Below, piece after piece: positions 19,578 through 29,177 of a DNA stretch of 64,000 nucleotides. A program made the translations under genes and the position numbers. Under the pieces are notes generated by a model. That model made no database searches and had not been told where the DNA came from. It saw only the letters and a program-made list of their open reading frames with translations. Positions within the stretch are counted from its first letter, which is position 1. Every line of letters begins with the position of its first letter. Where the stretch lies: the NCBI GenBank assembly GCA_965207075.1, contig CBDBLO010000002.1, forward strand, positions 1,792,001 to 1,856,000, given 5' to 3'. The stretch is from Nitrosopumilus sp. (GTDB lineage: Archaea > Thermoproteota > Nitrososphaeria > Nitrososphaerales > Nitrosopumilaceae).

Positions 19578-19694
19578 TAATTAGCGCATCCTAATTAGCG
19601 CATCCTAATTAGCGCATCCTAATTAGCGCATCCTAATTAGCGCATCCTAATTAGCGCATCCTAATTAGCGCATCCTAATTAGACTAGTCTAATT
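19578..19694. repeat. 14-bp tandem array (TAATTAGCGCATCC x7) ending in perfect 18-bp palindrome AATTAGACTAGTCTAATT; candidate operator array
   Basis: Units at 19578, 19592, 19606, 19620, 19634, 19648 and 19662; palindrome at 19677-19694; AT-rich context. Confidence 0.95.
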
Positions 19695-19732
19695 TTCAAT
19701 CTGCTTATTATGCGGTACAGTCAAGTATTTCC

Positions 19733-20029
19733 ATGAATGTATGGAACAAATTCTGGAACTGGTACGAGGACAAGATACTGGGAAGCGTGATAATAATCGC
19801 GGTAATACAGTTCATCCAGATTCCCCACATGGTGTGGAACGCAGACATGATGCTTGAGGCCGGATACGTCTCAAGGGTCCACCCCGTGCTCGACTGGCTG
19901 TTGTACGGAGTCGACCTGGTCGAGATAGTCTCAATAATTAACGTCGGGATGATCATGTACAGCCTCATAAAAAAGAAAAGGGGAGTAAAAAAGAGCGCAG
20001 GGCGCCAGCTCCGCGGGACGGCCGGCTAG
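19733..20029 (+). CDS. Small membrane protein (about 2 TM), unknown function
   Basis: 98-aa ORF: FWNWYE, Q..QIPH in the first TM, VDLVE in the second, basic tail. Confidence 0.8.
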   Translation: MNVWNKFWNWYEDKILGSVIIIAVIQFIQIPHMVWNADMMLEAGYVSRVHPVLDWLLYGVDLVEIVSIINVGMIMYSLIKKKRGVKKSAGRQLRGTAG

Positions 20030-20059
20030 GACCTGCTCTTACGCCGCGCCGATCCGGGC

Positions 20060-21028
20060 TCAGTTTTGGCCAAGGTCAAGTGGCACCATCATGCTTCCAA
20101 ACGACTCGTTTATTCGGAAGTGGTACTCTTTTGACTCGTCGTACAGGAACTGCGAGCCGCCGTACCCGACGTTGGGGCCGAACAGCATGTTAAACTCCCT
20201 TGCGTCCCCGGGGTTCAGCACTATCTGCCCGCTCGTAAAGTCGGTGCCTGCGTACCTGAACGCAGTGGAACCGTCCCAGACGTCGTAGTTGCACAGGGAC
20301 GGGCTCGTGCAGTCAAGTGACTCTATCTCGTCGCTCGTGTTCTCCGCGAGCATCCGTAGGGAGAGCAGGGCCTGGCCCGACGGGCTTATCTCAAAGCTGT
20401 TCCCCTCGCTTCCCATCCCGAACCAGTAGTAGTTTATCGGGCCCACGGAGAACAGCTCCGCGTTGGTCCTATAGTCGTGCAGCAGGATGGCCTGCTTGAC
20501 TGGTTTTTCGCAGTCGATCCTCTTGTACGCCTTTGTTATCTTGGCGCATTCTGCAAGCTGGGCCTCGAGCTCGGCCAGTATGGAGTCGTTTTCCGTCTCC
20601 GAAGACGCGGGGTCGGCGGTGCCAGTCTCCTCAGCGCTCCCGGATTCCGCGGGGACGGACACGGCAATCAGGCCGGCCCTTACCAGATACTGTATCCCGT
20701 TTAGGAAGTCGTCGTCGGAGATCAGATCGTCGGCCCACCACGCGGCGTTGTTCTTGACCCATTCGGGGACGCCGCCCTCCTGCGCGCCGGCCGCGCCGTC
20801 CGGGCCGCCGTCTGGCGCAGGGTCGACGGGCACGGTTATGGTTCCCGACGATATCAGGTACGCGATTCCTGCAAGAAACTCGGCCTCCGATATCTGCCCC
20901 TCGGCCCACCATGCGGCGTTGTTCTTTATCCACGGCGGGACCTCCGCAAATGCGGGGGCGGCCGACGCGGACACCAGCGATGCAAGGATTGCAGCAAAAA
21001 GGACCAGTATCGTCGTCTTTGTCTTCAT
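20060..21028 (-). CDS. Secreted protein with two N-terminal thaumarchaeal 'PxWIKNNAxWW' domains
   Basis: Signal peptide ending AFA; VPPWIKNNAAWWAEGQISEAEF and VPEWVKNNAAWWADDLISDDDF. Confidence 0.85.
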   Translation of the reverse strand: MKTKTTILVLFAAILASLVSASAAPAFAEVPPWIKNNAAWWAEGQISEAEFLAGIAYLISSGTITVPVDPAPDGGPDGAAGAQEGGVPEWVKNNAAWWADDLISDDDFLNGIQYLVRAGLIAVSVPAESGSAEETGTADPASSETENDSILAELEAQLAECAKITKAYKRIDCEKPVKQAILLHDYRTNAELFSVGPINYYWFGMGSEGNSFEISPSGQALLSLRMLAENTSDEIESLDCTSPSLCNYDVWDGSTAFRYAGTDFTSGQIVLNPGDAREFNMLFGPNVGYGGSQFLYDESKEYHFRINESFGSMMVPLDLGQN

Positions 21029-21238
21029 TGCATGTAGTAGCGGTTCGAACCATATAAGACATACCGGGAAGTTTTTTATCAGCTACAAGTTTGGCTGCAC
21101 GTACCAAGCGGCGCTGTGCGGCAGATCGCGGCGCTGCGCGAGGACTGACGGACGCCGCCGCGGGCGCGGCGCCGACGGAGGCAGGCCAGGTCGTATCACG
21201 GCGCTGCGCAGAGCCGCGGGCAAGTCGTTTTTTACAAA

Positions 21239-21313
21239 AGCCAATGATGGGATCCGAACCCACGACCTTTCGCTTACAAGGCGAATGCTCTAACCAGACT
21301 GAGCTACATTGGC
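21239..21313 (-). tRNA. tRNA-Thr(TGT)
   Basis: GCCAATG/CATTGGC acceptor stem, TTCGC-CTTGTAA-GCGAA anticodon arm, GGTTCG T-loop; TTTAAA box upstream and T-run downstream. Confidence 0.95.
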
Positions 21314-21599
21314 ACGGCATGCGGCGGCGGCGTTTAAATTTAAAATGTTGCGAATCGCCGCGGGCGTCATCGGTGCAGGAGTGCGCAAAACGCGCCGCCG
21401 GGCGCAGGAGTGCGGACAGCCGGCGGGCGTAGGCACGGATAGCCGGCGCCCCGCCCCCCAATAACCGAGCAAGCTGCGTCCGCATTCTCGGCTGCCACGT
21501 GGTGGCCGCATGCGCGCGACGGCGGCAATCGCGGCAGTGGCGGCGATGGTGCCGACGGCAAAGCACTTGCTTTATAATCATGCAGGAGGCACCTTGCTC

Positions 21600-21857
21600 A
21601 TGCGCTACATCTCACCTGTCAAGGCCAAGATTCTTGCGATGCTCTTCTTTGGAACAGGCACGATGGGAATTGCAATAGGGCTCGGGGTCGCGCCGCCGGC
21701 GGTGACGATGATAATCACGTTCATGGCAGTAGTCAACATCGGCCTGGGCGCGTTTTTCACATACGTGTTTCTGACGCAGGAGGAGAGGTCGCCGGACAAG
21801 CGCAAGCGCAAGAAAAGACGGGAAAACGACAGGGACGAATCAGGTGGCAGAAAATAG
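21600..21857 (+). CDS. Small 2-TM membrane protein with basic tail
   Basis: MRYISPVKAKILAMLFFGTG...PDKRKRKKRR; TTTATAA box upstream. Confidence 0.75.
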   Translation: MRYISPVKAKILAMLFFGTGTMGIAIGLGVAPPAVTMIITFMAVVNIGLGAFFTYVFLTQEERSPDKRKRKKRRENDRDESGGRK

Positions 21858-21967
21858 GCCGCAGTTAGTCCACTGGACTGCCCAGCAGTCGTGAGGGGTT
21901 TGGGTCACTGGCGCGGGTGCTGCCATGCGCGGCCAAATTTTAAATAACAATTCCCAAAGGGCGTGAC

Positions 21968-22519
21968 ATGCTGGATCTGGTCGCGAAGAAACTCTTCATG
22001 ACAAAGGGCAAGGGGGTGCACGAGGACAGGCTCACGAGCTTTGAGTACGCGCTCAGGGACGCCGGAATTGCCGGGACCAACATTGTTTTGATATCAAGCA
22101 TATTCCCGCCGGGCGCCAAGATGGTGTCAAGGAGGGAGGGGCTCAAGCAGATCAAGCCCGGGCAGATACTGTTTACGATATACTCGAAGAACCAGACAAA
22201 CGAGCCGCACCGCATGTGCGCCGCGTCCGTCGGACTTGCAAGGCCAAAGGACACCGGCCGGTACGGATACCTCTCAGAGTACGACTCGTTTGGGCAAAAC
22301 GAGGAGCAGGCAGGGGACTATGCGGAGGACATAGCGGCCCAGATGCTTGCGTCGTCGCTTGGAATACCCTTTGACGTGGACAAGAACTGGGACGAGAAGA
22401 GGCAGCAGTGGTCAATATCGGGGCAGATATACAACACGCACAACATCACGCAGGCCGCGCGGGGCGACAAGGACGGCAAGTGGACCACGGTGTTTGCAGC
22501 GGCCGTACTGCTGCTGTGA
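21968..22519 (+). CDS. pdaD: Pyruvoyl-dependent arginine decarboxylase
   Basis: SFEYALRDAGI...N.V.ISSIFP self-cleavage motif, GYLSEY, WTTVFAAAV. Confidence 0.95.
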   Translation: MLDLVAKKLFMTKGKGVHEDRLTSFEYALRDAGIAGTNIVLISSIFPPGAKMVSRREGLKQIKPGQILFTIYSKNQTNEPHRMCAASVGLARPKDTGRYGYLSEYDSFGQNEEQAGDYAEDIAAQMLASSLGIPFDVDKNWDEKRQQWSISGQIYNTHNITQAARGDKDGKWTTVFAAAVLLL

Positions 22520-22606
22520 CGCGCCCCCGACCCGCACAATGCGGCGAGGACAGGCGGACGAACAGATAGAACAGGGCGCCGCGGATGGCTGCCGACACAT
22601 CTGAGA

Positions 22607-23866
22607 TTATGATGCAGGCTGCCTGCGCCTTGCCCCGCCATAGCCGCGCAGGTAGAATATGGCGACGGCGGCCGCGATCGCGACCACCGTAATCACGACC
22701 ATCAGCTGCTCGTCGGTCTGAGTACCTGTAATATCCACGCCGTCTATGCCGTCTGCAGCGCCGCCATCGCCGCTACCGCCGACGGCCAGCACAATCTCAA
22801 GGTCCCCCGGTTCAAGCGCAGTCTTCTGCTGCCCAAAGATGTACTTTGCATGTATCAGCTTGCCGCGGTCCGGGTCAAATATCCAGCCGTCCCCCGTCAC
22901 GTCAGTCGGTATCTTCTCCCCGTCCACGACCCGGGTGGGAAGTTCTGCCTGCGCCGAGCCGCGTACGGAGGCTTCCGCGTCTGCAGAGGAGATGGCCACC
23001 TGGACTACCGAGTTGAGCGGGTAGAACCCGGACGAAAAGTATTCGGAGCGCTCTAGCGTCTCAAGTCCCATCATTTCAAGCGGCCTGATGACGTCTGCTG
23101 CCGACGCGTTTACGGGCCTGGCAGACGCCACCTTTAGCTGCAAAAGTGAGCCGGAGTCAGACGGGATTATCGCAAAGAGCATCTTTGAGTTGTCCTGGGA
23201 CGCAAGGGTTCCTGCCGCGTCATAGAATCCGCCGGATTCCCTTATCGTTCCCGGAAGCAGTATTGCGGACATCTTTTGATACATCCAGTCGGTGTCCGCC
23301 ATCGGCATCACGTACACCACCGACACGGTGGCCCTACCCGAGGCAATGCCGGGCAGTCCCGCCGACACGCCGGACCTGTCGCCACCCGAGTGCACGAACA
23401 CAGAATGGTACGAGGCGTCTGTGTCGAGCGCCTCGTTTATTGCCCCGATGTACGCGTCGGCCCTCTCTCGCGAGGAGTCTTGCAGCGATATGATTCCGGC
23501 CGCCTCGGGATCGCGCTCCATGTTTACCAGTATGCACGATTCGTCGTCGCTCACGCCTAGGACGCAGCGCCCCTGGTTTGTCACGACGACGGCCGTAATC
23601 AGAGCGTCGTCCCTCAGCTGCTTCTCAAGGGGCTGCGGGACCCGCATCTCAAGTATGCTGGTGCTCTGCAGCGTGACGGATGCGGAGACGTTGTGCGAGC
23701 CCGTCCTGTCCACGAGCACGGTGGCGCCCTCATGGAACGTTGCAAGTCCCACCTCGACCTGAGAGTACGCGGGGGCAAGGGACGCGTACGGCAGCGCGAC
23801 AAGACAGGCCGCGACGGCTGCCGCCGCGCACATTGCTGCCGCCGCCATCATCATCATGCGCTGCAC
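22607..23866 (-). CDS. Membrane-anchored extracellular hypothetical protein
   Basis: Signal peptide, C-terminal TM followed by YLRGY..RRR. Confidence 0.8.
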   Translation of the reverse strand: MQRMMMMAAAAMCAAAAVAACLVALPYASLAPAYSQVEVGLATFHEGATVLVDRTGSHNVSASVTLQSTSILEMRVPQPLEKQLRDDALITAVVVTNQGRCVLGVSDDESCILVNMERDPEAAGIISLQDSSRERADAYIGAINEALDTDASYHSVFVHSGGDRSGVSAGLPGIASGRATVSVVYVMPMADTDWMYQKMSAILLPGTIRESGGFYDAAGTLASQDNSKMLFAIIPSDSGSLLQLKVASARPVNASAADVIRPLEMMGLETLERSEYFSSGFYPLNSVVQVAISSADAEASVRGSAQAELPTRVVDGEKIPTDVTGDGWIFDPDRGKLIHAKYIFGQQKTALEPGDLEIVLAVGGSGDGGAADGIDGVDITGTQTDEQLMVVITVVAIAAAVAIFYLRGYGGARRRQPAS

Positions 23867-24066
23867 GTCCCGTGCAAGAAGTATAAAGTTTAAGGTTTAA
23901 ATCGCACCCCGCCGCACGCACGGCGACATCGAACTCAAACCGTTCGGGGAACAGGCCGGCAGTTCGTGCGTTGGACTGCCGGCCCCTTTATCATTACACA
24001 GACAGCAGCAGCTGCGCCGCCGTCACAGCCACCACAACCATCATCATCATACGGGCATGACCGCAA

Positions 24067-25920
24067 TCAGGCAAGCTTGCCGAGCGCCCGGACCTGCTCG
24101 GATACGTACTCGAATCCCTCCTGCCAGAACGACTCGGACGTAATGTCAAACCCGTGTGACGCCAGCAGATCCTCGGGCTTTTGCGAGCCGCCGGCCGCCA
24201 GTATATCCACATACGAGGGCGCAAAGTCGGCGCCCTCCCTCTTGTACCTCTGAAAGAGCGAGAGGGACAGCAGGTTGCCAAACGAGTACGCATAGCAGTA
24301 GAACGGGGAGTGGTAAAAGTGAGGTATGCAGCTCCACTCGACAGCAAAGTCATCTGACACGTCGACGGACCTGCCAAACTGGTCCCTCAGGTTGCGCAGG
24401 TATGCCTGCGAGAGCGCGTCTATGGTGGCCCCGCCGTCTGCAGATATCATCCTGTGCGCCTCTACCTCAAAGAGCGTAAAGTACGCCTGCCGCATTATGG
24501 TCGCGTACATGTCGTCTATCTTCTCAGACAGGACCCCGAGGCGCTCCCCGTCTGACAGCCCCTTGTCCATGCTGTCATACAGCAAAAGCTCCGAGAACGT
24601 GGACGCGGTCTCCGCAAGCGGCAGGGGCGCGTGCTGCACCAGGATGGAGCGGGAGGCGGCCGCCATGCTGTGCACGGCGTGCCCCATCTCGTGGGCAAGC
24701 GTGAAGACGTCCCGGATGCGCCCGGTATAGTTCAGCAGGATGTACGGGGTGACCCCGGGCGATATCGTGCTGCAGAACGCCCCGTCGCGCTTGCCGCGGC
24801 GCGTGGCAGAGTCCACGTGACGCTCGGATATGACGCTCCTTGCAAACCCCCCGAGGGCGGGGCTAAACGAGCCAAGCGTGTCAAGGACCATGCGCACTGC
24901 CGTGTCGTACGCGTACCTCCTCTCCCCCGCGCCGCCCTTGCGCCGGGCCCCGGCCGCCGCGGCCGGCGCATAGAGGTCGTAGCGCCGCAGCCTCTTCGGC
25001 CTCTCCTTGAGCAGCCGCGACTTTGTCCTGAAGAATTTTTGGAACAGGGGTGCGTTCTTCCTGCACGAGGCAAGAAGCGAGTCGACCGTGCGGTCATCCA
25101 GGTTGTTTCCCACGTTGCGGGCCGATATTGCGGACCTGTATCCCCTCATCTTTACGGTCTCGTCGGCCCAGTTCTGTACTATGTTCTGGTATATCTGCCC
25201 TATGACGCCCTTCTCAGAGTCGTACTTTGAGAGCAGCTCGGCGTACGCGGCCCTGCGGAGCCGCGGGCTCGCGCTGCGCACGTAGTTGGATATCTCCTCG
25301 CGGGCCATGGTGCGCGTCCTCTTGCCCACGCGCATCCTGTACTGGTACGCGTTGGTTATCTTGTCGTACAGGTTTACGAGCGCCGAGGCTCCGGTCACGT
25401 CAAGCGTGTTGATCATCTTCTCCTCCTTCTCGCTTAGCGAGTACTTGGCAAGCCGCCTCTTGTGACGCAGGTAGTCGGCAAGCTCGCCCGAGCCGGACAC
25501 GAGCCTCTCGGCGCTCCTGTCGTCGATGTGGCGCTTCCACCACAAGCTGAAGAACAGGATGCTGTTTGACACCTCGGAGTCGAGCTTTGACATGCGCATC
25601 AGAAGCGAGGTGGCCTCGTCGGACTGCGTGTCGGCGGCATGCAGCAGGGACGCATACCCCTCGGTGCGGCTGCTCAGGTCTACTATGTCCTCAAGCATGC
25701 GGAGGACCCTACCAAAGCTCCGGGCAGGCATTTCAGGCGACAGCGTCTTGCGCTTTTTTCCGAATGCCGCGGCCTTTTTGCGCAAGAGCTCCGCCTGGCG
25801 TGACAGCCGCACGTCGCGGGGCCCCGACGCGAGTTCTGCCAGGCTCCACGGCCCCGTCTTGTGCCGGCCTCCGGCCGGCGGCAAGGATGATTGCAATGAG
25901 CCCAACACGTGGGCGCCCAT
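24067..25920 (-). CDS. pepF: Oligoendopeptidase F (M3B family)
   Basis: GKRDGAFC, TLAHEMGHAVH, AETASTFSE, PHFY...FYCYAY. Confidence 0.93.
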   Translation of the reverse strand: MGAHVLGSLQSSLPPAGGRHKTGPWSLAELASGPRDVRLSRQAELLRKKAAAFGKKRKTLSPEMPARSFGRVLRMLEDIVDLSSRTEGYASLLHAADTQSDEATSLLMRMSKLDSEVSNSILFFSLWWKRHIDDRSAERLVSGSGELADYLRHKRRLAKYSLSEKEEKMINTLDVTGASALVNLYDKITNAYQYRMRVGKRTRTMAREEISNYVRSASPRLRRAAYAELLSKYDSEKGVIGQIYQNIVQNWADETVKMRGYRSAISARNVGNNLDDRTVDSLLASCRKNAPLFQKFFRTKSRLLKERPKRLRRYDLYAPAAAAGARRKGGAGERRYAYDTAVRMVLDTLGSFSPALGGFARSVISERHVDSATRRGKRDGAFCSTISPGVTPYILLNYTGRIRDVFTLAHEMGHAVHSMAAASRSILVQHAPLPLAETASTFSELLLYDSMDKGLSDGERLGVLSEKIDDMYATIMRQAYFTLFEVEAHRMISADGGATIDALSQAYLRNLRDQFGRSVDVSDDFAVEWSCIPHFYHSPFYCYAYSFGNLLSLSLFQRYKREGADFAPSYVDILAAGGSQKPEDLLASHGFDITSESFWQEGFEYVSEQVRALGKLA

Positions 25921-26045
25921 GCAGCCATTAAAAAACCAAACACAAGGGGGGTGCAGGCGGCATCGCGCCCGCAAGAAGGGAAGGGGAAGGAGCCCAGGCG
26001 AAAAACAGGTGCGAAAAAAGGATGCAAAAAACTGCAAAGAATTGT

Positions 26046-26498
26046 CTAGACGGCTCCGGCAATCGGAACCGGCGGCGCCGCTGTCGGAACCACCTTGAAT
26101 ATAGACACCAGATAGTCGCCCTCAAAGATGTGCGTCGTGTGCCCCGTCTCGAGGTCCACTGACAGTACCCTGAACTGGTACTCGTAGGAACCGTCCTCGT
26201 TAACGTCGACCTGCGCCATGTGCACGGGCTCGCCGTCCTGGTAGAACTGTATGACTACGGGATAGTCCGCCACGTGCTCAGAGGCCTGGCCTGTCACAAA
26301 CCCCCACGGGAGCGCGTTGTCGGAAGGCACGCGGAGTACCACGTCGGTCTTTTGTATGCTGATCTCATCGTTGATCGGCGTGGTTGTCACGCCCTGATGA
26401 TACGGGTGCGCCATGGCGTCGCCCGGGGCCGTCACAGACACGGCGCCGACTGCGGCAATGGAAGCCACAATTGCAAATAGCATAATGCTTCTGCCCAT
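26046..26498 (-). CDS. Secreted hypothetical protein (beta-sandwich-like)
   Basis: Signal peptide; PVVIQFY...AQVDVNEDGSYEYQFRV...EGDYLV. Confidence 0.8.
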   Translation of the reverse strand: MGRSIMLFAIVASIAAVGAVSVTAPGDAMAHPYHQGVTTTPINDEISIQKTDVVLRVPSDNALPWGFVTGQASEHVADYPVVIQFYQDGEPVHMAQVDVNEDGSYEYQFRVLSVDLETGHTTHIFEGDYLVSIFKVVPTAAPPVPIAGAV

Positions 26499-26676
26499 GC
26501 CGGTAGGTTGGAAGCCTCACTTAAATAACTTGTTCAGAATGTCCGGGCGGCCCGCCGCGCATAACACGCGCCGCGTCCGTACCACGGGACGCGCCAAGCA
26601 TGCACGCCGCGTGCAATAACCCGTTCTACAGGTGCGGCGGTGGCAGCAGAACAGTACCGCGCACGCGCGACCGGGG

Positions 26677-26808
26677 TCAGGGAAGCTCGTCTTCAACGTC
26701 AGAGCATGCCTTGTGGACCCACTTGTCCTCGGAGTTCTTTGTTATCTCCTTGCCCACCTTTATGGCGTCATTGCACGCCGGGCACGTACTTGCAAACCTT
26801 GCCTTCAT
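26677..26808 (-). CDS. Small Zn-finger-like protein (CxxC...HxxC), 43 aa
   Basis: MKARFASTCPACNDAIKVGKEITKNSEDKWVHKACS; TTTAAA upstream. Confidence 0.75.
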   Translation of the reverse strand: MKARFASTCPACNDAIKVGKEITKNSEDKWVHKACSDVEDELP

Positions 26809-26887
26809 GACAACGATCCGAACATGCGGCTTTAAAGGATGTCGATATGCCGAATCGGGCATTGCGACGGCACGACGCGGCCGCGGC

Positions 26888-27052
26888 TTACTCTTCGACT
26901 TCCATGCCCCAGGACTTTACCAGTGCCTTTTGGAACTTTTCTGCCTGCTTTTCGTCAAGCGCGAACCCGCAATTCTTGTGCGTGGGTACGACTACCAGGC
27001 CGTCCAGCTTGAACTCGACCTCGAAGAGGTGCACCTTTGAGCATTCGCACAT
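26888..27052 (-). CDS. Small Cys/His protein (CxC...HxxC), 54 aa
   Basis: Manual translation MCECSKVHLFEVEFKLDGLVVVPTHKNCGFALDEKQAEKFQKALVKSWGMEVEE; coding-like codon use. Confidence 0.75.
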   Translation of the reverse strand: MCECSKVHLFEVEFKLDGLVVVPTHKNCGFALDEKQAEKFQKALVKSWGMEVEE

Positions 27053-27238
27053 ATGATCGGGTGTATGGTACTGCTATATTTGCCTATACGAAGACGACAA
27101 GTGTGGACTCGGGCCCATTGAAAATCAGGGAGGCCAAAAAAGGTTTAACTAATCGGTCGAACAAAACAAATTAGCTTGAAGTTTTGCAGTCTGGCCGGTG
27201 CGGCAGTCAGGGGATCGGCTGCCACGACATACGCCGCT

Positions 27239-28756
27239 ATGGCGGCCGCATCAATACTGCTCGTAGTGGCGGCAGGCGCGGGCGGCTTTGCGCCCGAGGC
27301 CCACGCCCAGTTCCAGACGGGCGGCGTGGACAAGGAGGGCACGTGGTATGCAGGCGAGGGCCTCAAGCAGGGAGACTATTTCTCGTATTCTATGTGCTAC
27401 GTGGACTACAAGGAGTGCGCCAAGTTCAGTCTTGAGATGTGGATAGAGGGCGACATTCAGGTCGGCAGCGAGACAAAATGGCTCGCGCAGGTAGTCGTAT
27501 ACGACGGAAACCGCATAACAAAGGGAAACATGGAGCTGGGCAAGATCGCGCCAGAGCCGACGGGCGGTACGGAAGAACTGGGGGTGTACCGCGGCGCGTT
27601 CAAGTCCTCCGTGGTATGGCTGTCCGCATTCGCGACTGCCGACAGCGACCAGGGCGGCAAGGGGCCAAAGGCGTTCAGCGACACCTCGTGGGGCAAGATA
27701 GGCAACATAGGAGGCGAGCAGGTGCTGCCCCTGGCAATAGAGGAGGTGAGGGCCGCGGGAGAGACCTGGGAGACAGTACGCATAGGGTGGAAGACCGGCG
27801 GCGCGTCAAGCAACGTCTGGATAGTCGACGGGTTCCCGTTCCCAATAAAAGCAAAGACGTACACGCACGTGTCGGAGGGAATCCCCCCCACCGAGTACGA
27901 GTTCATACTGCTGGATTACAAGGAGGGCGTGACGGAGAACCCGTTTACGGACGTAATACCGACGTCGGAGCTCATGGCGGCCCAGGGATGCGGGACGGGC
28001 TTTGACAAGGACACCGTGGTCAAGAAATCCACGGTGGGTGCGATGTACCAGATACACGTGGCGTACGGCCCCGAGGATCCAAAGCAGGGGTGCAGCATGG
28101 AGTGGCTGATAAAGTTCATCAGCAAGTACGACGAGACCGAGTTCCTAAACCAGGTGCAGTTTGACGTATGGACGGTAGACGAGAACCTAAAGCCCACAAG
28201 ATCGCTTGCCTCAGAGGAGGGGAGGCAGTTCCTGTACTCGGCGTCGGGGCAGTACCTGATAGAGATTCCCATAGACGAGGGGCCCGGCACGACGAACTAC
28301 GTGATATGGGTGTACGGCAAGTCGCCGGAGAACATAGTCCCGACCGATCCGCCCGACTATGTGGAGATTCCAATTGTAATATATGAGAATTCAATGATTG
28401 GCGTCCAGGATCCCGACGATGAAGGTGCGGGCGGCAGCAGCGGCCAGCCAGAGCCTGGACAGGCGGCGGCGGAGATACCCGGCTGGATAAAGACCAACGC
28501 GGGGTGGTGGGCAGAAGGCCTCATAGACGACGGCTCGTTTGTCCAGGGGATGCAGTACCTGATCAAGCAGGGAATAATAGAGATACCGGCTACGGAGTCA
28601 GGGGGCGGCGACAACGGCGCCGATGCGGCATCTGCGGAGATACCCGGCTGGATAAAGACCAACGCGGGGTGGTGGGCAGAAGGCCTCATAGACGACGGCT
28701 CGTTTGTCCAGGGGATACAGTACCTCATACAGAACGGGATAATGACGGTATCCTGA
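27239..28756 (+). CDS. Secreted protein with two C-terminal 'IPGWIKTNAGWW' domains
   Basis: Signal peptide ending AHA; duplicated C-terminal module. Confidence 0.88.
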   Translation: MAAASILLVVAAGAGGFAPEAHAQFQTGGVDKEGTWYAGEGLKQGDYFSYSMCYVDYKECAKFSLEMWIEGDIQVGSETKWLAQVVVYDGNRITKGNMELGKIAPEPTGGTEELGVYRGAFKSSVVWLSAFATADSDQGGKGPKAFSDTSWGKIGNIGGEQVLPLAIEEVRAAGETWETVRIGWKTGGASSNVWIVDGFPFPIKAKTYTHVSEGIPPTEYEFILLDYKEGVTENPFTDVIPTSELMAAQGCGTGFDKDTVVKKSTVGAMYQIHVAYGPEDPKQGCSMEWLIKFISKYDETEFLNQVQFDVWTVDENLKPTRSLASEEGRQFLYSASGQYLIEIPIDEGPGTTNYVIWVYGKSPENIVPTDPPDYVEIPIVIYENSMIGVQDPDDEGAGGSSGQPEPGQAAAEIPGWIKTNAGWWAEGLIDDGSFVQGMQYLIKQGIIEIPATESGGGDNGADAASAEIPGWIKTNAGWWAEGLIDDGSFVQGIQYLIQNGIMTVS

Positions 28757-28805
28757 CCGGCGGCCGGATGCGACGACGACAAATAATGCAGGAGGCTGGA
28801 CGGAC

Positions 28806-29153
28806 ATGCTATACCCCAAGAGAAGGATGAGAAAGATGATTGCCGACGGGGAGTACCGCGAGGCCATCGCTCTTGGCAGGCAGCTGGAACCCAAGTACGA
28901 GAGGGATCACGACTTTATGTTCATCATGGGGAGCGCGTACTTTATCGTGGAGGACGCGAAGAATGCCATAACGTACTTTGAGAAGGCCCTGGATCTCAAG
29001 GCCGACGACGCGGAGGCGCTAAAGCTAAAGACGAACGCCCACCTGTCGCTGGGCCAAAAGGAGGAGGCCCTGACGATGATCAGCCGCATCCTAGAGGCAG
29101 ACCCCGACGACGCGGAGGCGCAGGCGCTCCTCGACGAGCTGCAGGGCGTATAG
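28806..29153 (+). CDS. TPR-repeat protein
   Basis: G.AY......AI.YFEKAL.L..DDAEA TPR consensus. Confidence 0.85.
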   Translation: MLYPKRRMRKMIADGEYREAIALGRQLEPKYERDHDFMFIMGSAYFIVEDAKNAITYFEKALDLKADDAEALKLKTNAHLSLGQKEEALTMISRILEADPDDAEAQALLDELQGV

Positions 29154-29177
29154 CGGGCTCCGCCGGCGGGCGGCGCC

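Noticed and set aside
19578-19694. CRISPR array or replication-origin iterons
   Set aside because: Units are contiguous with no spacers; no cas or cdc6/orc1 gene and no ORB-like motif nearby
21239-21313. tRNA as an integration site for an island
   Set aside because: No duplicated tRNA 3' end and no integrase seen for either tRNA
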